Positions 9,406-19,662 of a DNA stretch of 64,000 nt are shown here, in pieces. This DNA is from an uncultured delta proteobacterium. Lineage in GTDB: Bacteria > Desulfobacterota > Zymogenia > Zymogenales > Zymogenaceae. The translations under genes and the position numbers were made by a program. The notes beneath the pieces are model-generated. The model did no database searches, was not told the DNA's origin, and saw only the letters and a list, made by a program, of their open reading frames with translations. The stretch spans positions 3,695-67,694 of the forward strand of contig CAWBYW010000030.1 of assembly GCA_963792965.1 (NCBI GenBank). Reading direction: 5' to 3'. Position 1 is the stretch's first letter. Each line of letters opens with the position of its first letter.

Positions 9406-10535
9406 TTGTCGTTTCCGTGTGAAAAATCGTTTAATACAGTTATGACGCGCTGGACCTCGGCATCGGTAAGCTCGGGGAACATCGGGATGGAAAGTATTTG
9501 TTCCGAAAGCCCCTCCGTTACCGGCAGGTCGCCGACGCGATAGCCGAGATACCGATAGACCGGCTGCAGGTGTATAGGCCGCGGGTAATGAGTGGCGTAC
9601 CCCACGCCGTATCGAGATAAATGATCGACGAGCCTGTCCCGGTCTCGACTCCTGATCACGAACAGGTGATAGACGTGGCGCGCGTACGGCTTGGCGATGG
9701 GCAACATATACGGCCCCCGTATTCCCTCATAATAGAGCCGGGCGATCTGTTGCCTCCGCTCATTCTTCTCATCGAGGTCCCGAAGCCTGAGCCGAAGCAC
9801 CGCGGCCTGGAGATCGTCCATCCGGCTGTTAAACCCGGGGTCTTCGTGGAGATAGCGCTCGCGCTGTCCGTAGTCGCGCATCGACCGCAGCCGCCCCGCG
9901 AGCGCCCCGTCACCGGTCACGACCATACCGGCGTCCCCGAGCGCTGCAAGGTTCTTGGTGGGGTAGAACGAAAACGCGGCCGCCTCCCCGAACGTCCCGA
10001 CCTTCCTCCCTTTATAGAGGGCGCCGTGGGCCTGGGCGCAGTCTTCCAGGACGAACAGGCCGTGCCGTTCGGCAAGTGACGTGATCGGATCCATGTCACA
10101 CGGATGGCCGTAGAGGTGAACGGGAATGATGCCCCTGACCCTTCCGTCCCCCTTCTTCTCCGCGGTCTTTTTGAGGAGGACCTCGAGCGCCTCGGGATCG
10201 ACGGTGGCCGTCTCCGGATCCACGTCCACAAAGGCGGGAACCCCACCGGCCCTCGTTACCGCGCAGGCGGTGGGAAAAGCGGTGTTGGCCGGTATAATGA
10301 CCCTCTCGCCCTCTAAAAGGCCGAGCGCCATGAGCGCGAGCGTCAGCGCGTCCGTTCCCGACGCGACCGCCACCCCGAACGATGTGCCGACGTAGGCGCT
10401 GAACTCTTCCTCAAGCGAGCTTACCTCCCCGCCGAGGATATATCGGCCCGAGTCGACCACCCGTGAGAGCGCCTCGATGATTTCGTCGCGCCCGGCCCCG
10501 GCCGTCCTCTTCGGATCGGATACCGGGACCGTCAT
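9402..10535 (-). CDS. DegT/DnrJ/EryC1/StrS family PLP-dependent sugar aminotransferase
   Basis: Listed as ORF 9402..10568. The likely start is ATG 10535 (MTVPVSDPK), overlapping the GT2 stop (ATGA). Motifs are GGEVSSLEEEFSAYVG, ASGTDALTLAL and FSFYPTKNL (PLP lysine). Confidence 0.85.
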   Translation of the reverse strand: MTVPVSDPKRTAGAGRDEIIEALSRVVDSGRYILGGEVSSLEEEFSAYVGTSFGVAVASGTDALTLALMALGLLEGERVIIPANTAFPTACAVTRAGGVPAFVDVDPETATVDPEALEVLLKKTAEKKGDGRVRGIIPVHLYGHPCDMDPITSLAERHGLFVLEDCAQAHGALYKGRKVGTFGEAAAFSFYPTKNLAALGDAGMVVTGDGALAGRLRSMRDYGQRERYLHEDPGFNSRMDDLQAAVLRLRLRDLDEKNERRQQIARLYYEGIRGPYMLPIAKPYARHVYHLFVIRSRDRDRLVDHLSRYGVGYATHYPRPIHLQPVYRYLGYRVGDLPVTEGLSEQILSIPMFPELTDAEVQRVITVLNDFSHGNDK

Positions 10536-11302
10536 TGGTTCCTCCCGACAACGTTGGTGAGCTCCCACAGCTTCGCATATTTGATAAAGACGTAGTAGGC
10601 CGTCGTGACCGCGATGATAAGCCCGGGCACACCGTCCAAAAAGCCGAGCCTCAGGAAATAGTCACGGACAAAGCGGTAAGGGGGGTTGAGGAAGAGCTTT
10701 ATAACGCCTGCGGTCTTGTTTTCGCCTTTCATGTCGACCGCGGCGACCGACGAATAGATGTCGACTTTCCTGATCTGGTCGGAGATGTCCTTGTAGCTGT
10801 AATGGAGAAAATAATGCTTCAAGACGCCCACCTTGCCGTCTACGTGGACCTTGGCGTGAAGCCCCCCCTCCCACGTCGCCTTATCCTTTCGGTAGAGACG
10901 GATTTCGTAGTCAGGGTACCACCCGCCGTGTTTTATGAGGCGTCCGAGATAGAAGCTCTTTCGGTGGGTAATGTATCCGTCCAGGGCCGGCCCGGTGTCC
11001 TTAAAGAGGGCCCCGATCTCGTCGGCAAGCTCCTCGGAGACTTCCTCGTCGGCGTCGATGAAGATGACCCAGCGGTTTTTCGTGAGGTCCTGGGCATAAT
11101 GGTACTGCTCCCGGAACCCGGGCCACTCCCTCCGGTAAACCCGGCCCGTGCATTCCCTGAGGATCTCAAGAGTGCCGTCGGTGCTTCCGGAGTCCACGGC
11201 GACGATCTCGTCGGTCCATTGAGCGACGCTGGCCAGCGCCCGCCGTATGGTGCGGATGTTGTCCTTCGTGATGATATAGGCGGAGACGGGAAGCTTGCTC
11301 AT
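10532..11302 (-). CDS. Glycosyltransferase family 2
   Basis: Listed as ORF 10532..11320, with a likely start at MSKLPVSAYIITKDN. GT-A motifs are VAVDSGSTDGT and the DxD-type IFIDADEEV. Confidence 0.8.
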   Translation of the reverse strand: MSKLPVSAYIITKDNIRTIRRALASVAQWTDEIVAVDSGSTDGTLEILRECTGRVYRREWPGFREQYHYAQDLTKNRWVIFIDADEEVSEELADEIGALFKDTGPALDGYITHRKSFYLGRLIKHGGWYPDYEIRLYRKDKATWEGGLHAKVHVDGKVGVLKHYFLHYSYKDISDQIRKVDIYSSVAAVDMKGENKTAGVIKLFLNPPYRFVRDYFLRLGFLDGVPGLIIAVTTAYYVFIKYAKLWELTNVVGRNQ

Positions 11303-11386
11303 ATGCGTGCGTATGACCAAATTATTACTGTGTATCCGCCCTCAAGGCACGAAGCGGTTTGGTAAGGATCGGCCGTAGGTCGCGGT

Positions 11387-12508
11387 TTAGCCTCTGTTTC
11401 CGGCCTTGCGAGCCGGCCTCCCGGCCGCCCTGATTACCTCGCCCCTCACATGCTGTGCCCTCTTGTTGTGGCCCAACAGATCGAAGGCGGCGTCCGCCAC
11501 CATCTCGGGGGTGATCCCTTCAAAGCAGTCGGCATTCATGCATTTCTTCTTCCTGCACGGAGCACAGCTCGACGGGACCCGAACCATGCGAAACGGCGTC
11601 TTTCTGTACGGCTCGTTTTCAATCGGGTCGGTAGGGCCGAAGATCACCACAACCGGGGTGCCCACGAAGGAGGAAATGTGGGTTGTCCCAGTGTCTCCCC
11701 CGATATAGAGATCGGCCGTCCGGTAAAGCTGTGCCAGCTCAGGGAGAGAAAGCGGACCGGGGAGAACCGTTGCCCTCTGTCTCATCGAGCGCCGCATGGT
11801 GGAGGCCACCGCTTCCTCGCCGGGGCCCCAGCTGACGATCACCTCCCCGCCGACCCGATCGAGGATCAGGTCCGCCGCGGCGGCAAATCCGCGCACGTCC
11901 CACCTTTTGTAGGCGGTTTTTTCCGATGTGCCGGGGTGTATGATAATACGCGGCCGCCTCCCTGTAATCTTTCCCTTCAGGGTCCGCTCGACGGCCGCGT
12001 GCTCTTCCGGCCCGCTGTCGATGTAGATATCGGGCACGGTGATGTCTCCGCAGAGGGCCCGGGAAAGGGCGAGGTTTCTCTCTATCCGCGGCATCTTGCC
12101 CGCAGGCAAGGCGACCCGGTGGTTATTGAACAGGTGATTCATCTCCTTGGTGAACCCGTTCTCAAACCCGATTCGCACGGGCGCTCCCGAGAGATACGAT
12201 ATCAGGCCGCTCTTCAGTATCCCGTGGAAATCCAGCGCAACGTCAAAGCGTCTGAGCCTAAGGGAGGACACGAAACGCCGCGCCTCAGTGACGGCCGAGG
12301 GAACGGTAAGCGGATTTTTTACCTTCTTCGTGAGGGACTGCCGGGGAAAGAGGATGACCTCATCGATATCGTGTCTTCCCGAGAGGATGGGATAGGCCTT
12401 TTCTTCGACAACCCAGGCGATAGAGGCCTTCGGAAAACGCTTTCGCACCATCCCGAGGGCGGGCAGGGTCCGGACTACGTCCCCTATCGCCGAAAGGCGG
12501 ATGATCAT
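11387..12508 (-). CDS. Glycosyltransferase family 9 (LPS heptosyltransferase-like)
   Basis: Shows IIRLSAIGDVVRTLPAL at the N-terminus and GGDTGTTHISSFVGTPVVVIFGPTDP near the C-terminus. The listed ORF begins at TTG 12553, but ATG 12508 is more plausible. Confidence 0.8.
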   Translation of the reverse strand: MIIRLSAIGDVVRTLPALGMVRKRFPKASIAWVVEEKAYPILSGRHDIDEVILFPRQSLTKKVKNPLTVPSAVTEARRFVSSLRLRRFDVALDFHGILKSGLISYLSGAPVRIGFENGFTKEMNHLFNNHRVALPAGKMPRIERNLALSRALCGDITVPDIYIDSGPEEHAAVERTLKGKITGRRPRIIIHPGTSEKTAYKRWDVRGFAAAADLILDRVGGEVIVSWGPGEEAVASTMRRSMRQRATVLPGPLSLPELAQLYRTADLYIGGDTGTTHISSFVGTPVVVIFGPTDPIENEPYRKTPFRMVRVPSSCAPCRKKKCMNADCFEGITPEMVADAAFDLLGHNKRAQHVRGEVIRAAGRPARKAGNRG

Positions 12509-12782
12509 GATGCGCTCGACTGTTTCTTTCTGTGGGATCAAGAAGCCTCTCAATCGGGGGAATGCTTCCTATGGAACGCCCCCCCGAATTATTTCTTAAT
12601 AATAGTGCGCCGCCGACCGCGCCCGGCGATCATGCCGCCGCCCCAAGGCAATTGATGATGTGTGTGGCCGAGTCCATATCTGTTAGCACAAAAGACGATA
12701 AATAGCAACACGAAAAACCCCAAAAATATGCTTGACAAAAGCACTGCGACCGTCCGATAGTAATAGCCGGGAGGGAAAATCC

Positions 12783-13283
12783 ATGACGGTTGCCTCACGG
12801 AAAATGAAAACGATCCTCGCTATCCCCTTATCTCTTCTTGTTGCATCCATCCTTTTCGGGCTGCTCACTTCCTGCTCGGGGACAGATGCGCAGATTACCT
12901 CATACGGGTTGAACGCTAAGGATCTGGTGATCTCAAGCGAGAAAGAGGGAGAGCCCGTTAAGCCGCCTGCCTTTTCTCCCGGCGACAAGATCTACGTCCG
13001 TTTTAACCTCTCGGACTACCAGCTCGACTCGGAAGGAAACATGTGGATACAGGAAGACCTGATCATGAAAGGTCAGGACAATATCCCGATCCTCACCCGT
13101 CCTAATATTATCAATGACAGAGTGGCCCCGCCGAAGGGGACCGCGTCCGTCCCGATAAGCAACGTGATCACCCTCTTCGACACGACCCGACCCGGTCCCT
13201 ATACCATCGGCCTCAATGTTCGCGACAAAATCGGTGGAGGTGCAGTTTATATCGAGGTCGCAGTGACGGTAAAGGGGAAATAG
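12783..13283 (+). CDS. Hypothetical lipoprotein
   Basis: ATG 12783 follows a GGGAGGG Shine-Dalgarno sequence. The signal peptide and lipobox read MKTILAIPLSLLVASILFGLLTSC. I recognise no family. Confidence 0.6.
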   Translation: MTVASRKMKTILAIPLSLLVASILFGLLTSCSGTDAQITSYGLNAKDLVISSEKEGEPVKPPAFSPGDKIYVRFNLSDYQLDSEGNMWIQEDLIMKGQDNIPILTRPNIINDRVAPPKGTASVPISNVITLFDTTRPGPYTIGLNVRDKIGGGAVYIEVAVTVKGK

Positions 13284-13348
13284 GGCCACCTCCCGACGGC
13301 GAGATATACACGATAACGTTCCGCGCTGGCCTCGGTCTCTTCACCCCC

Positions 13349-14095
13349 CTATTTAATCACCACGCGGGCAAGCGTTAACACGCCGACCCTCTCGGCCCCG
13401 CCACGGGACAGGGTCCTGGCACACTCGGCGACTGTCGCCCCGGTCGTATAGACGTCGTCGACTAAAAGGACCCGCTTTTCGCGAAATCCGTCCCCCACTA
13501 CCGTAAAAGCCCCCCGTACGTTCTTTTCCCGCTCCTTCGGCGACAGCTGTATCTGGGGCATCGTCCAGCGACACCTTATCAGGTCCGTATCGTTTACCGG
13601 CATTCCCCAGAGGCTCCCGATCTCCCTGCATAAGAGAAGCGCCTGGTTATATCCACGCTCGTAGAGCCTCCTGCGGTGGAGCGGAACCGGAGTGATGAGG
13701 TCATAGCTCCTCAGGTCACATCCGCTCCAATCGTTTCCGGCCACCAGCTCAGACAGTACCGGGGCCAGGTACGTCCGGTGGTGATATTTGAACAGATGTA
13801 CCGCCGCGAGCAGCACACCACCGTAGACACCGTAGGTCCTGGCGACATGGAACGGAGGCTTAACGGCCATGCATTCCCCGCAGAGATGATCGGAGTCGGC
13901 CGATCCGAAGAAGGGCTTCCCGCAGAACGTGCAGAGGGGGTGACTGATCTTGACGATCTGGGAAATGCACGATCCGCAGAGATGACGCTCGCCGGACGAA
14001 AGGTATTCCCCACAGATCACACAGAGCGGAGGAAAAATGAGATCCATGAGCGCGCCGAGAAGCCGCCGTGCGTCCCGACTTCCTCTCTTCTTCAT
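13349..14095 (-). CDS. comF: ComF family protein (double zinc ribbon plus phosphoribosyltransferase domain)
   Basis: Has CVICGEYL..CGSC and CTFCGKPF..CGEC zinc ribbons and the PRTase motif VLLVDDVYTTGATV. The start is ATG 14095, or alternatively GTG 14131. Confidence 0.8.
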   Translation of the reverse strand: MKKRGSRDARRLLGALMDLIFPPLCVICGEYLSSGERHLCGSCISQIVKISHPLCTFCGKPFFGSADSDHLCGECMAVKPPFHVARTYGVYGGVLLAAVHLFKYHHRTYLAPVLSELVAGNDWSGCDLRSYDLITPVPLHRRRLYERGYNQALLLCREIGSLWGMPVNDTDLIRCRWTMPQIQLSPKEREKNVRGAFTVVGDGFREKRVLLVDDVYTTGATVAECARTLSRGGAERVGVLTLARVVIK

Positions 14096-14158
14096 CACCG
14101 TCCACCCTCTTGGTCCGCTACTAACTTTCACGGAAGATCCTTTCGGCTCGTCTCAATT

Positions 14159-14183
14159 AAAAAAGGCCGCCGGAGAGGCGGCC
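14159..14183 (-). terminator. Rho-independent terminator after the 14205..14636 gene
   Basis: The minus strand reads GGCCGCC-TCTCC-GGCGGCC followed by a T6 run. On the plus strand this is A6 followed by ggccgcc ggaga ggcggcc. Confidence 0.6.
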
Positions 14184-14204
14184 GCAAGCGGGGGACCCAG
14201 TCCC

Positions 14205-14636
14205 CTACAGATAGTCGATTCGGATGGCCCGTTTGTCCCGCTTGGTGAACATCACCACGACCTTGCCGGTCGGTGACGAGAAGACGTGTTCTTCCACGTC
14301 GGGGTTGCGAAACGACACGGACGTCGGCGTCCCGAACGTCCCCGAGATATCACCTTCGGAAAGTTCCCGGGCCGGGATGACCCGCACCATCGTCACGATG
14401 CCGTTAATAATATAGATGGCGGCGCCCCTCGTGTCCGACGGGGCCCTTTCCTTGTCATAGATCATAACGAATCCGGAGTCATAAGAGGGCTCCCCGAGGA
14501 TCGATATAACCTCCGCCTTTGTGGTCACGTTGGGAACGATGCCGTTCCACTCGGCGTAGGAATTACGGACGAAAAAGACCGTACCGGCAAGGACGATAGC
14601 AAAAAAAAGAAAGGATATACGAGCGATCTTCTTCAT
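14205..14636 (-). CDS. Small exported protein, possibly a BamE/SmpA-OmlA-like fold
   Basis: Listed as ORF 14205..14732. The likely start is MKKIARISFLFFAIVLAG, 10 nt after GGAGG. The motif VTTKAEVISILGEPS resembles the SmpA/OmlA signature. Confidence 0.5.
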   Translation of the reverse strand: MKKIARISFLFFAIVLAGTVFFVRNSYAEWNGIVPNVTTKAEVISILGEPSYDSGFVMIYDKERAPSDTRGAAIYIINGIVTMVRVIPARELSEGDISGTFGTPTSVSFRNPDVEEHVFSSPTGKVVVMFTKRDKRAIRIDYL

Positions 14637-14764
14637 AACACTCATGCCTCCTCTCTCTGTGTCGGTTCTTACTTTCACCACTGTTCTCCTGTTAGGCCGC
14701 AACGTCTGTCCGCCGCGGACGTGCAGTATCACCGGTATAACCCCGTCACCACCGGCTCGCTATT

Positions 14765-15424
14765 TCAATACTGAAAGGAAAAGAAATCGTAGATAAGGCT
14801 TGCCTCCGTCGGTTTTTTGTTCTCATCCCGGGCCGGGGGCAGGATAAAGACCTGGCTGACGACCGCCGTCGGCTTCATGTAGACGGTAATCGGTTTCTTG
14901 CCCGTGCGCTCATAGACAAAATTAGGGGAGATGACGGCCTCCCTGACCCCCATGAAGAAGTCCGTGTCGCCGTAGAACTCAAATTGCTCCCCCCGCGTGT
15001 TCACCAGCATGATGCTCATCAGGATCTGCCCGATGATCTTTCGCTGCCCGGGGTCGGCAGCCGATTTCCGTACTTCATTTCGGTAGCTATCGAGCGCCAG
15101 AAAATAGGTGGCAAACGGCCTCAGGTCAAGCTTATCCCTGCTTATCCTCCGTTCGTCTACGCCGAAGACCCGTGGCTCAAGGCCCATGATAAGGCTCGCC
15201 TTGTATTCGTCCTTCGTGCCCTCGTAAAAGATGAAGAGCTGAACGGGCCCTCCCGAGAGCGGACGGAATTCCTCTTGGAGATCGGCCAGATGTGCCCGAA
15301 AGAGCTCGGCGATCTCCTTGGGGAAGTCGTAAAAATCGAGGCTTACCTCACGGGCGGCTGAAGACCCCGTGAGTAGAGTGAAAAAGAGCCAAAAAACAAA
15401 AAAGGTTACAGCGAACCTTCTCAT
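14765..15424 (-). CDS. Hypothetical exported protein
   Basis: 219-aa ORF with signal peptide MRRFAVTFFVFWLFFTLLTGSSAA. I recognise no family. Confidence 0.55.
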   Translation of the reverse strand: MRRFAVTFFVFWLFFTLLTGSSAAREVSLDFYDFPKEIAELFRAHLADLQEEFRPLSGGPVQLFIFYEGTKDEYKASLIMGLEPRVFGVDERRISRDKLDLRPFATYFLALDSYRNEVRKSAADPGQRKIIGQILMSIMLVNTRGEQFEFYGDTDFFMGVREAVISPNFVYERTGKKPITVYMKPTAVVSQVFILPPARDENKKPTEASLIYDFFSFQY

Positions 15425-15634
15425 AGCACCACAGCAGTCTATTTTTTATTGTTCGTAACTGTACAATCTTGTAAAAGGAGATGTCAAATGAAAAATAATT
15501 AAAATATTTTAACGGTAACGCTCATATACGGAGAGCTGATGTACGAAGTCTCGGCGGCCCGATTGGAAATCGAGTCACGGAAGGGTATTGTGAAGACATA
15601 TTCCGGCCCCTGTCTGACAGCATTCTGAATAACC

Positions 15635-15662
15635 TTGACATATTCGACGCTTTGTATAGAAT
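15635..15662 (+). promoter_or_regulatory. Sigma-70-type promoter candidate for the TAXI gene
   Basis: TTGACA (15635-15640), a 16-nt spacer, then TAGAAT (15657-15662), within an AT-rich divergent intergenic region. Confidence 0.5.
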
Positions 15663-15681
15663 TGCTCGAAAAGGACTGAGT

Positions 15682-16626
15682 ATGAAAAGCATCTATCGCG
15701 TCTGTTACGTAATCATCATTCTTTTGCCTCTGACAAGCATCTTCGCCCACGCACAGGAGCTTATCCTCACGGCCGGCCCCCGGGGGAGCGATGCCGTAGA
15801 GATCGGCCAGAGCCTCGCTGGCCTGCTCGGCGACAAACGGCTTATCGTGAAGATGACCACCACGTCTGGAGACACCCAGAGCATCGACAGTCTCGTCAAG
15901 GGATCGGCCGCGCTTGCCGTTGTCGACGGCTTCTCCGCATACGAGGCCTTCCTGGGCATCGGACCCTTCTCACGCACGAAGGGCAGGGGCTTCTCGGCCG
16001 TTGCCGTGGTCGGAATGAGCGTCGAGCACTTCCTGCTCCTTGCCCCGACGGCCGATAAGGGAGATATCACCGATTTCACGGGAAAGATCATTTACACCGG
16101 TCCCAAGGATGATCCCGCAAGCTCCGCCGCCCGGACGGCCCTCAGCTCATCGGGGATCGAATCATTCTCCGAGGTAGGGCAGGAGTGGGACCTTTCAACC
16201 GCGGCGGAACTGATGGTCGATGGGACGATCGACGGGGCGATACTCTCTGGCCCCGTCCCCCTTGCCCCCGTGACGCACCTCGGGACCGTTATGGGCAATC
16301 ATATCGTGTTTCTCGAAGTGCCCGACTCTATCCTCATGAACATGCGGGCACAGTGGCCCATATGGTTCCCCTATACGGTACCCGGGAAGACATACCCGGA
16401 CAGGGTCAAACCCTATAAGACCGTTGCCAGACCGATTATGCTCATAGCCGCCCAGGGGCTCGACACGAAGACGGTCAAGGGGCTGTTGACCAATCTCTTT
16501 GCCGACGCCAACGCCCAGACCCTCTCGAAGCTCAGCTTCCCCGTTACGGAATCGATGAGCTTCACCTATTGCCCGATCAAGTTCCATCCCGGCGCAGCGG
16601 ACTATTTCAGGGAGAAGGGGTATTAG
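15682..16626 (+). CDS. TRAP transporter solute receptor, TAXI family (no adjacent permease)
   Basis: The start MKSIYRVCYVIIILLPLTSIFAHA is a signal peptide. The body resembles TAXI/NMT1-like binding proteins, and the C-terminal HPGAADYFREKGY is typical of the family. Confidence 0.75.
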   Translation: MKSIYRVCYVIIILLPLTSIFAHAQELILTAGPRGSDAVEIGQSLAGLLGDKRLIVKMTTTSGDTQSIDSLVKGSAALAVVDGFSAYEAFLGIGPFSRTKGRGFSAVAVVGMSVEHFLLLAPTADKGDITDFTGKIIYTGPKDDPASSAARTALSSSGIESFSEVGQEWDLSTAAELMVDGTIDGAILSGPVPLAPVTHLGTVMGNHIVFLEVPDSILMNMRAQWPIWFPYTVPGKTYPDRVKPYKTVARPIMLIAAQGLDTKTVKGLLTNLFADANAQTLSKLSFPVTESMSFTYCPIKFHPGAADYFREKGY

Positions 16627-16718
16627 ATGGCGAAGATCGATACCTTTTTCTCGCCTGAGCCCCTTCTTTCCCCTCGGGGCTGTTCCGAGAGACCCTCCGT
16701 TCGTCCGACGGACCGCAC

Positions 16719-17771
16719 ATGATTACGTTGACCTTTGAAGGAGACGCCCGGACTATCGGAATCGAGGAGGGAAGGGCCTATCGGGACTCTCTTGAGCGGA
16801 TTATATGGGGGGGCGCGATTCCCGATATCCCGTCGGAGGGCGCAAAGGTCGATCCGGAGCTCTTTAAGCGGGCGTTGGCCTCGGCGCTTCCCCACGAATG
16901 GGGGCGCATCGAAGCGATATGCAGGGGGGCGGTCCTTGACCCCACGGGTCTCCTTTCGATCTACGCGCGAGAGCTGGGCGTGGCGTTCCACTTTTCTCCC
17001 CCGACAACCGCACTGATCGCCGCCCTTTCCCACGATCGTTTCGAGGGGGGCAGTCCCGCCGTCGGAGTGAACATCGATACCCCAATTTTCCTGTCTCCCT
17101 TCATCACGACGAGGAAATATCACCCCCGGTCCGGGTTTTCCCGCATTGAGGTATCGTTGATTTCGACGGCGGGGGCGCTGGCGGGCCTTAACGATCAGGG
17201 GCTTGCCGCGGCGCTCTCGCTCAAACCCTACGAGGGAACAAAAGGCGGGTTTTTGCCTCTCTCGCTCATCGTCCGGGAGGTCCTCGTAAAATGCAAGGAC
17301 GCCAAGGCCGGCCTCAGGCTGATCGGGTCCCTTGCCCGCGGTGCGTCGGGCACGATCGTCCTGACGGACATATATTCGATTGTGGTCGCGGAAATGACCC
17401 CGACCTCGCTTGAGGCCCGCGAGTTCAAGAACAATTTTCACATCCATACGGCGCATTTTCTGTTGCCGACCATGATGCCGCTGGATCTGCCTCACCGGAC
17501 GACCTATCCTGAGGCGTCACCTTCGGAACTCATCGGAAAGAGGGTCTATGAGCAAAGCGAGAAGAGGCTGGATCGGGCCTTTGAGCTGATTGATGCGAGA
17601 AAACAGTGGGATGCCGGAGGCCTCGGCGAGGTGTTGTCGGATCGGGAAAGCGAGATATGTCTCTCTTCCGGATTTTATAAGACTTGCATCTCTCTACTTC
17701 TGTTGCCCGCGCAAAAGACCGTCTTTGTCTCCACAGCAAAAAAAGAGAAGTTTACACGCATCTTCCTGTAG
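16719..17771 (+). CDS. Peptidase C45 / acyl-CoA:6-aminopenicillanic-acid acyltransferase-like Ntn-hydrolase family protein
   Basis: 350-aa ORF with a family-like block order: LTFEGDARTIGIEEG, PPTTALIA at the expected nucleophile site, GVNIDTP, GLNDQGLAAAL, GTIVLTD and HTAHF. The assignment comes from motif pattern only. Confidence 0.5.
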   Translation: MITLTFEGDARTIGIEEGRAYRDSLERIIWGGAIPDIPSEGAKVDPELFKRALASALPHEWGRIEAICRGAVLDPTGLLSIYARELGVAFHFSPPTTALIAALSHDRFEGGSPAVGVNIDTPIFLSPFITTRKYHPRSGFSRIEVSLISTAGALAGLNDQGLAAALSLKPYEGTKGGFLPLSLIVREVLVKCKDAKAGLRLIGSLARGASGTIVLTDIYSIVVAEMTPTSLEAREFKNNFHIHTAHFLLPTMMPLDLPHRTTYPEASPSELIGKRVYEQSEKRLDRAFELIDARKQWDAGGLGEVLSDRESEICLSSGFYKTCISLLLLPAQKTVFVSTAKKEKFTRIFL

Positions 17772-17873
17772 CCTCACCCGCAGCGAGAAGTGGCCTACTC
17801 GTGGATTGCGGTCGCTTTCTCCCAGGTGGAAGCGGGGCCTGCCCGCAAGACACCCCACCGACGACGGACGAGG

Positions 17874-19586
17874 TCAGAGCCGCTGCCTCAGCACGCGCTT
17901 GAGGACCTTGCCGGCCATGTTCGTCGGTATATCGTCGACAAAGCGCACCTCGCGCACGTGTTTGTAGTGAGCCAAGCGTTCATTTGCGAAGTCCATGATC
18001 TGTTGCTCGGACACATCCGCGCCCTCGGTCAATTTAACGAAGGCGACCGGGATCTCCCCTCCCTTCTCATCGGGCTTGCCCACCACGCCGCACTGCATCA
18101 CCTTGGGATGCTCAAAGAGGACCTCTTCAATCTGACGGGGATAGACGTTGTAGCCCTTATAGATGATCATGTCCTTCTTGCGATCGGTGATGAAGAAGTA
18201 CCCATCCTCGTCGTAGCGGCCGATGTCACCGGTATGGATCCAGCCGTCGATGAGCGTCCGCGCGGTCTCATCGGGATTATTCCAGTAGCCCTGCATGTTC
18301 TGGGGCCCCCTGACGCAGATCTCCCCCTCTTTCCCCGGGCCAAGGATCGCGCCCGTGGCAACGTCGACGACCTTGGCATAGGTGTCGAAGACGGGCAGCC
18401 CCACCGACCCGGGCTTGAGCTCCTCGCGGGAAGGCGGGTTAGCCATGGCCAGCATCGAGGTCTCGGTCATCCCGAACGCCTCGGACACCAGCCCCGAAAA
18501 CGACGAGAGCATCTTCCTGAGTACTTCCAGCGGCAGCGGCGCCGCCCCCGAGACCGCCAGCACGATCCTGCTCAGATCCACCTTCTTGAAGTCGGGGTGT
18601 TCCACGAGCGGCATGTAGAGCTGCGGCGCCCCGCCGAGGATATCGGCCTTGTATTTATCGACTGCGCGCAGATACTCGCCCGGGTCAAAGCGCGCAAAGA
18701 CGATCGCCGTCGAGGCGGCGTAAACCGGCTGGTTGAGGTATCCCACGACCCCCATGGCGTGAAACCAGGGAACCACGACCAGCGCAACGAACCCCTCGCC
18801 CACGGCCGCCGTCCCCCCTCCGAACTCCTTCATGGTCACGGACATGTCGGTGGTAAGTATTCCGTCGTTATAGACGGGAACTCCTCCTGCAAACCAGTGG
18901 TAACTCTGCATGGTGTTTACGGCCACGTTGTAGTGCGTGAGCATCACCCCCTTGGCAAGCCCGGTTGTGCCGCCGGTGTAGGCCAGGTGAGCGAGGTCTC
19001 TTTTCGGGTCGATCGGCTCGTTGACCGGGTCGGGGCTTCCCTCCTGGAGGAGCGTGACGAAGTCCTCTCCTTTATCGATCGGGATCTTTTTGAGCGGCTT
19101 GACCGGCGCGGTCGCCGGGGGGTAACAGTCCGCGAGGCTTGTCACGATAAGGTTTTTGACCTTCGTCTTTGGAAGGCACGCCTTTACCGTCCCTAAGAAG
19201 AGGTCAAGGGTGATGAGCGTCTCGGCGCCCGAGTCGTTGATCTGGTGCGTGAGCTCCCGGTCGACCGACAGCGGCGAGCAGGGAACGAAGATCGCACCGA
19301 GCTTGAGAAGTGCGTAGTAGGCGATCATGAACTGCGGCGAGTTAACCAGATGGATGGCTACCCGGTCCCCTTTTTTCACGCCGCGGGCCTTCAATGCGTT
19401 GGCAAATCGATGCGTCAGGGTGAGGACTTCCTGGTACGTGAGCTCCATACCGCCGAACCTGAGCGCCACCATATCGGGACGACGCGCGGCGGTGGAATTG
19501 AGGAACTGATAGACCGGGATGACCGGGTAGTCGATCGAATGCGGCCTTCCCTTCGGCCAGGCTCTGTATATCTTCGATTCTTTCAC
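17874..19586 (-). CDS. AMP-dependent acyl-CoA synthetase/ligase (FadD-like)
   Basis: Motifs are LAYTGGTTGLAKGVMLTH, AFGMTE and HTGDIGRYDEDGYFFITDRKKDMIIYKGYNVYPRQIEE. The likely start is GTG 19586, seven nt after GGAGGG. This matches the N-terminus of the paralog (VKESKIYRAWPKG versus MKEKRHFSKWPKG). Confidence 0.85.
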   Translation of the reverse strand: MKESKIYRAWPKGRPHSIDYPVIPVYQFLNSTAARRPDMVALRFGGMELTYQEVLTLTHRFANALKARGVKKGDRVAIHLVNSPQFMIAYYALLKLGAIFVPCSPLSVDRELTHQINDSGAETLITLDLFLGTVKACLPKTKVKNLIVTSLADCYPPATAPVKPLKKIPIDKGEDFVTLLQEGSPDPVNEPIDPKRDLAHLAYTGGTTGLAKGVMLTHYNVAVNTMQSYHWFAGGVPVYNDGILTTDMSVTMKEFGGGTAAVGEGFVALVVVPWFHAMGVVGYLNQPVYAASTAIVFARFDPGEYLRAVDKYKADILGGAPQLYMPLVEHPDFKKVDLSRIVLAVSGAAPLPLEVLRKMLSSFSGLVSEAFGMTETSMLAMANPPSREELKPGSVGLPVFDTYAKVVDVATGAILGPGKEGEICVRGPQNMQGYWNNPDETARTLIDGWIHTGDIGRYDEDGYFFITDRKKDMIIYKGYNVYPRQIEEVLFEHPKVMQCGVVGKPDEKGGEIPVAFVKLTEGADVSEQQIMDFANERLAHYKHVREVRFVDDIPTNMAGKVLKRVLRQRL

Positions 19587-19662
19587 GCTGTTTCCCTCCG
19601 GTAGCCTGCCATAGATCGCCGGCCCACGGCGGACGCACCCCGCGGGCACCGTCCCTCTTCTC

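Noticed and set aside
15475-15502. Mini-ORF ATG AAA AAT AAT TAA with an upstream AAGGAG in the AT-rich divergent intergenic region.
   Set aside because: It has only four codons, lies upstream of the predicted TAXI promoter, and has no downstream attenuator structure. It is most likely a chance occurrence in AT-rich DNA.
17790-19196. 468-aa plus-strand ORF overlapping the first acyl-CoA ligase.
   Set aside because: It lies antisense to a gene with clear AMP-binding motifs. Its Arg/Gly/His/Pro-rich composition is typical of a high-GC shadow ORF, and it has no recognisable domain.
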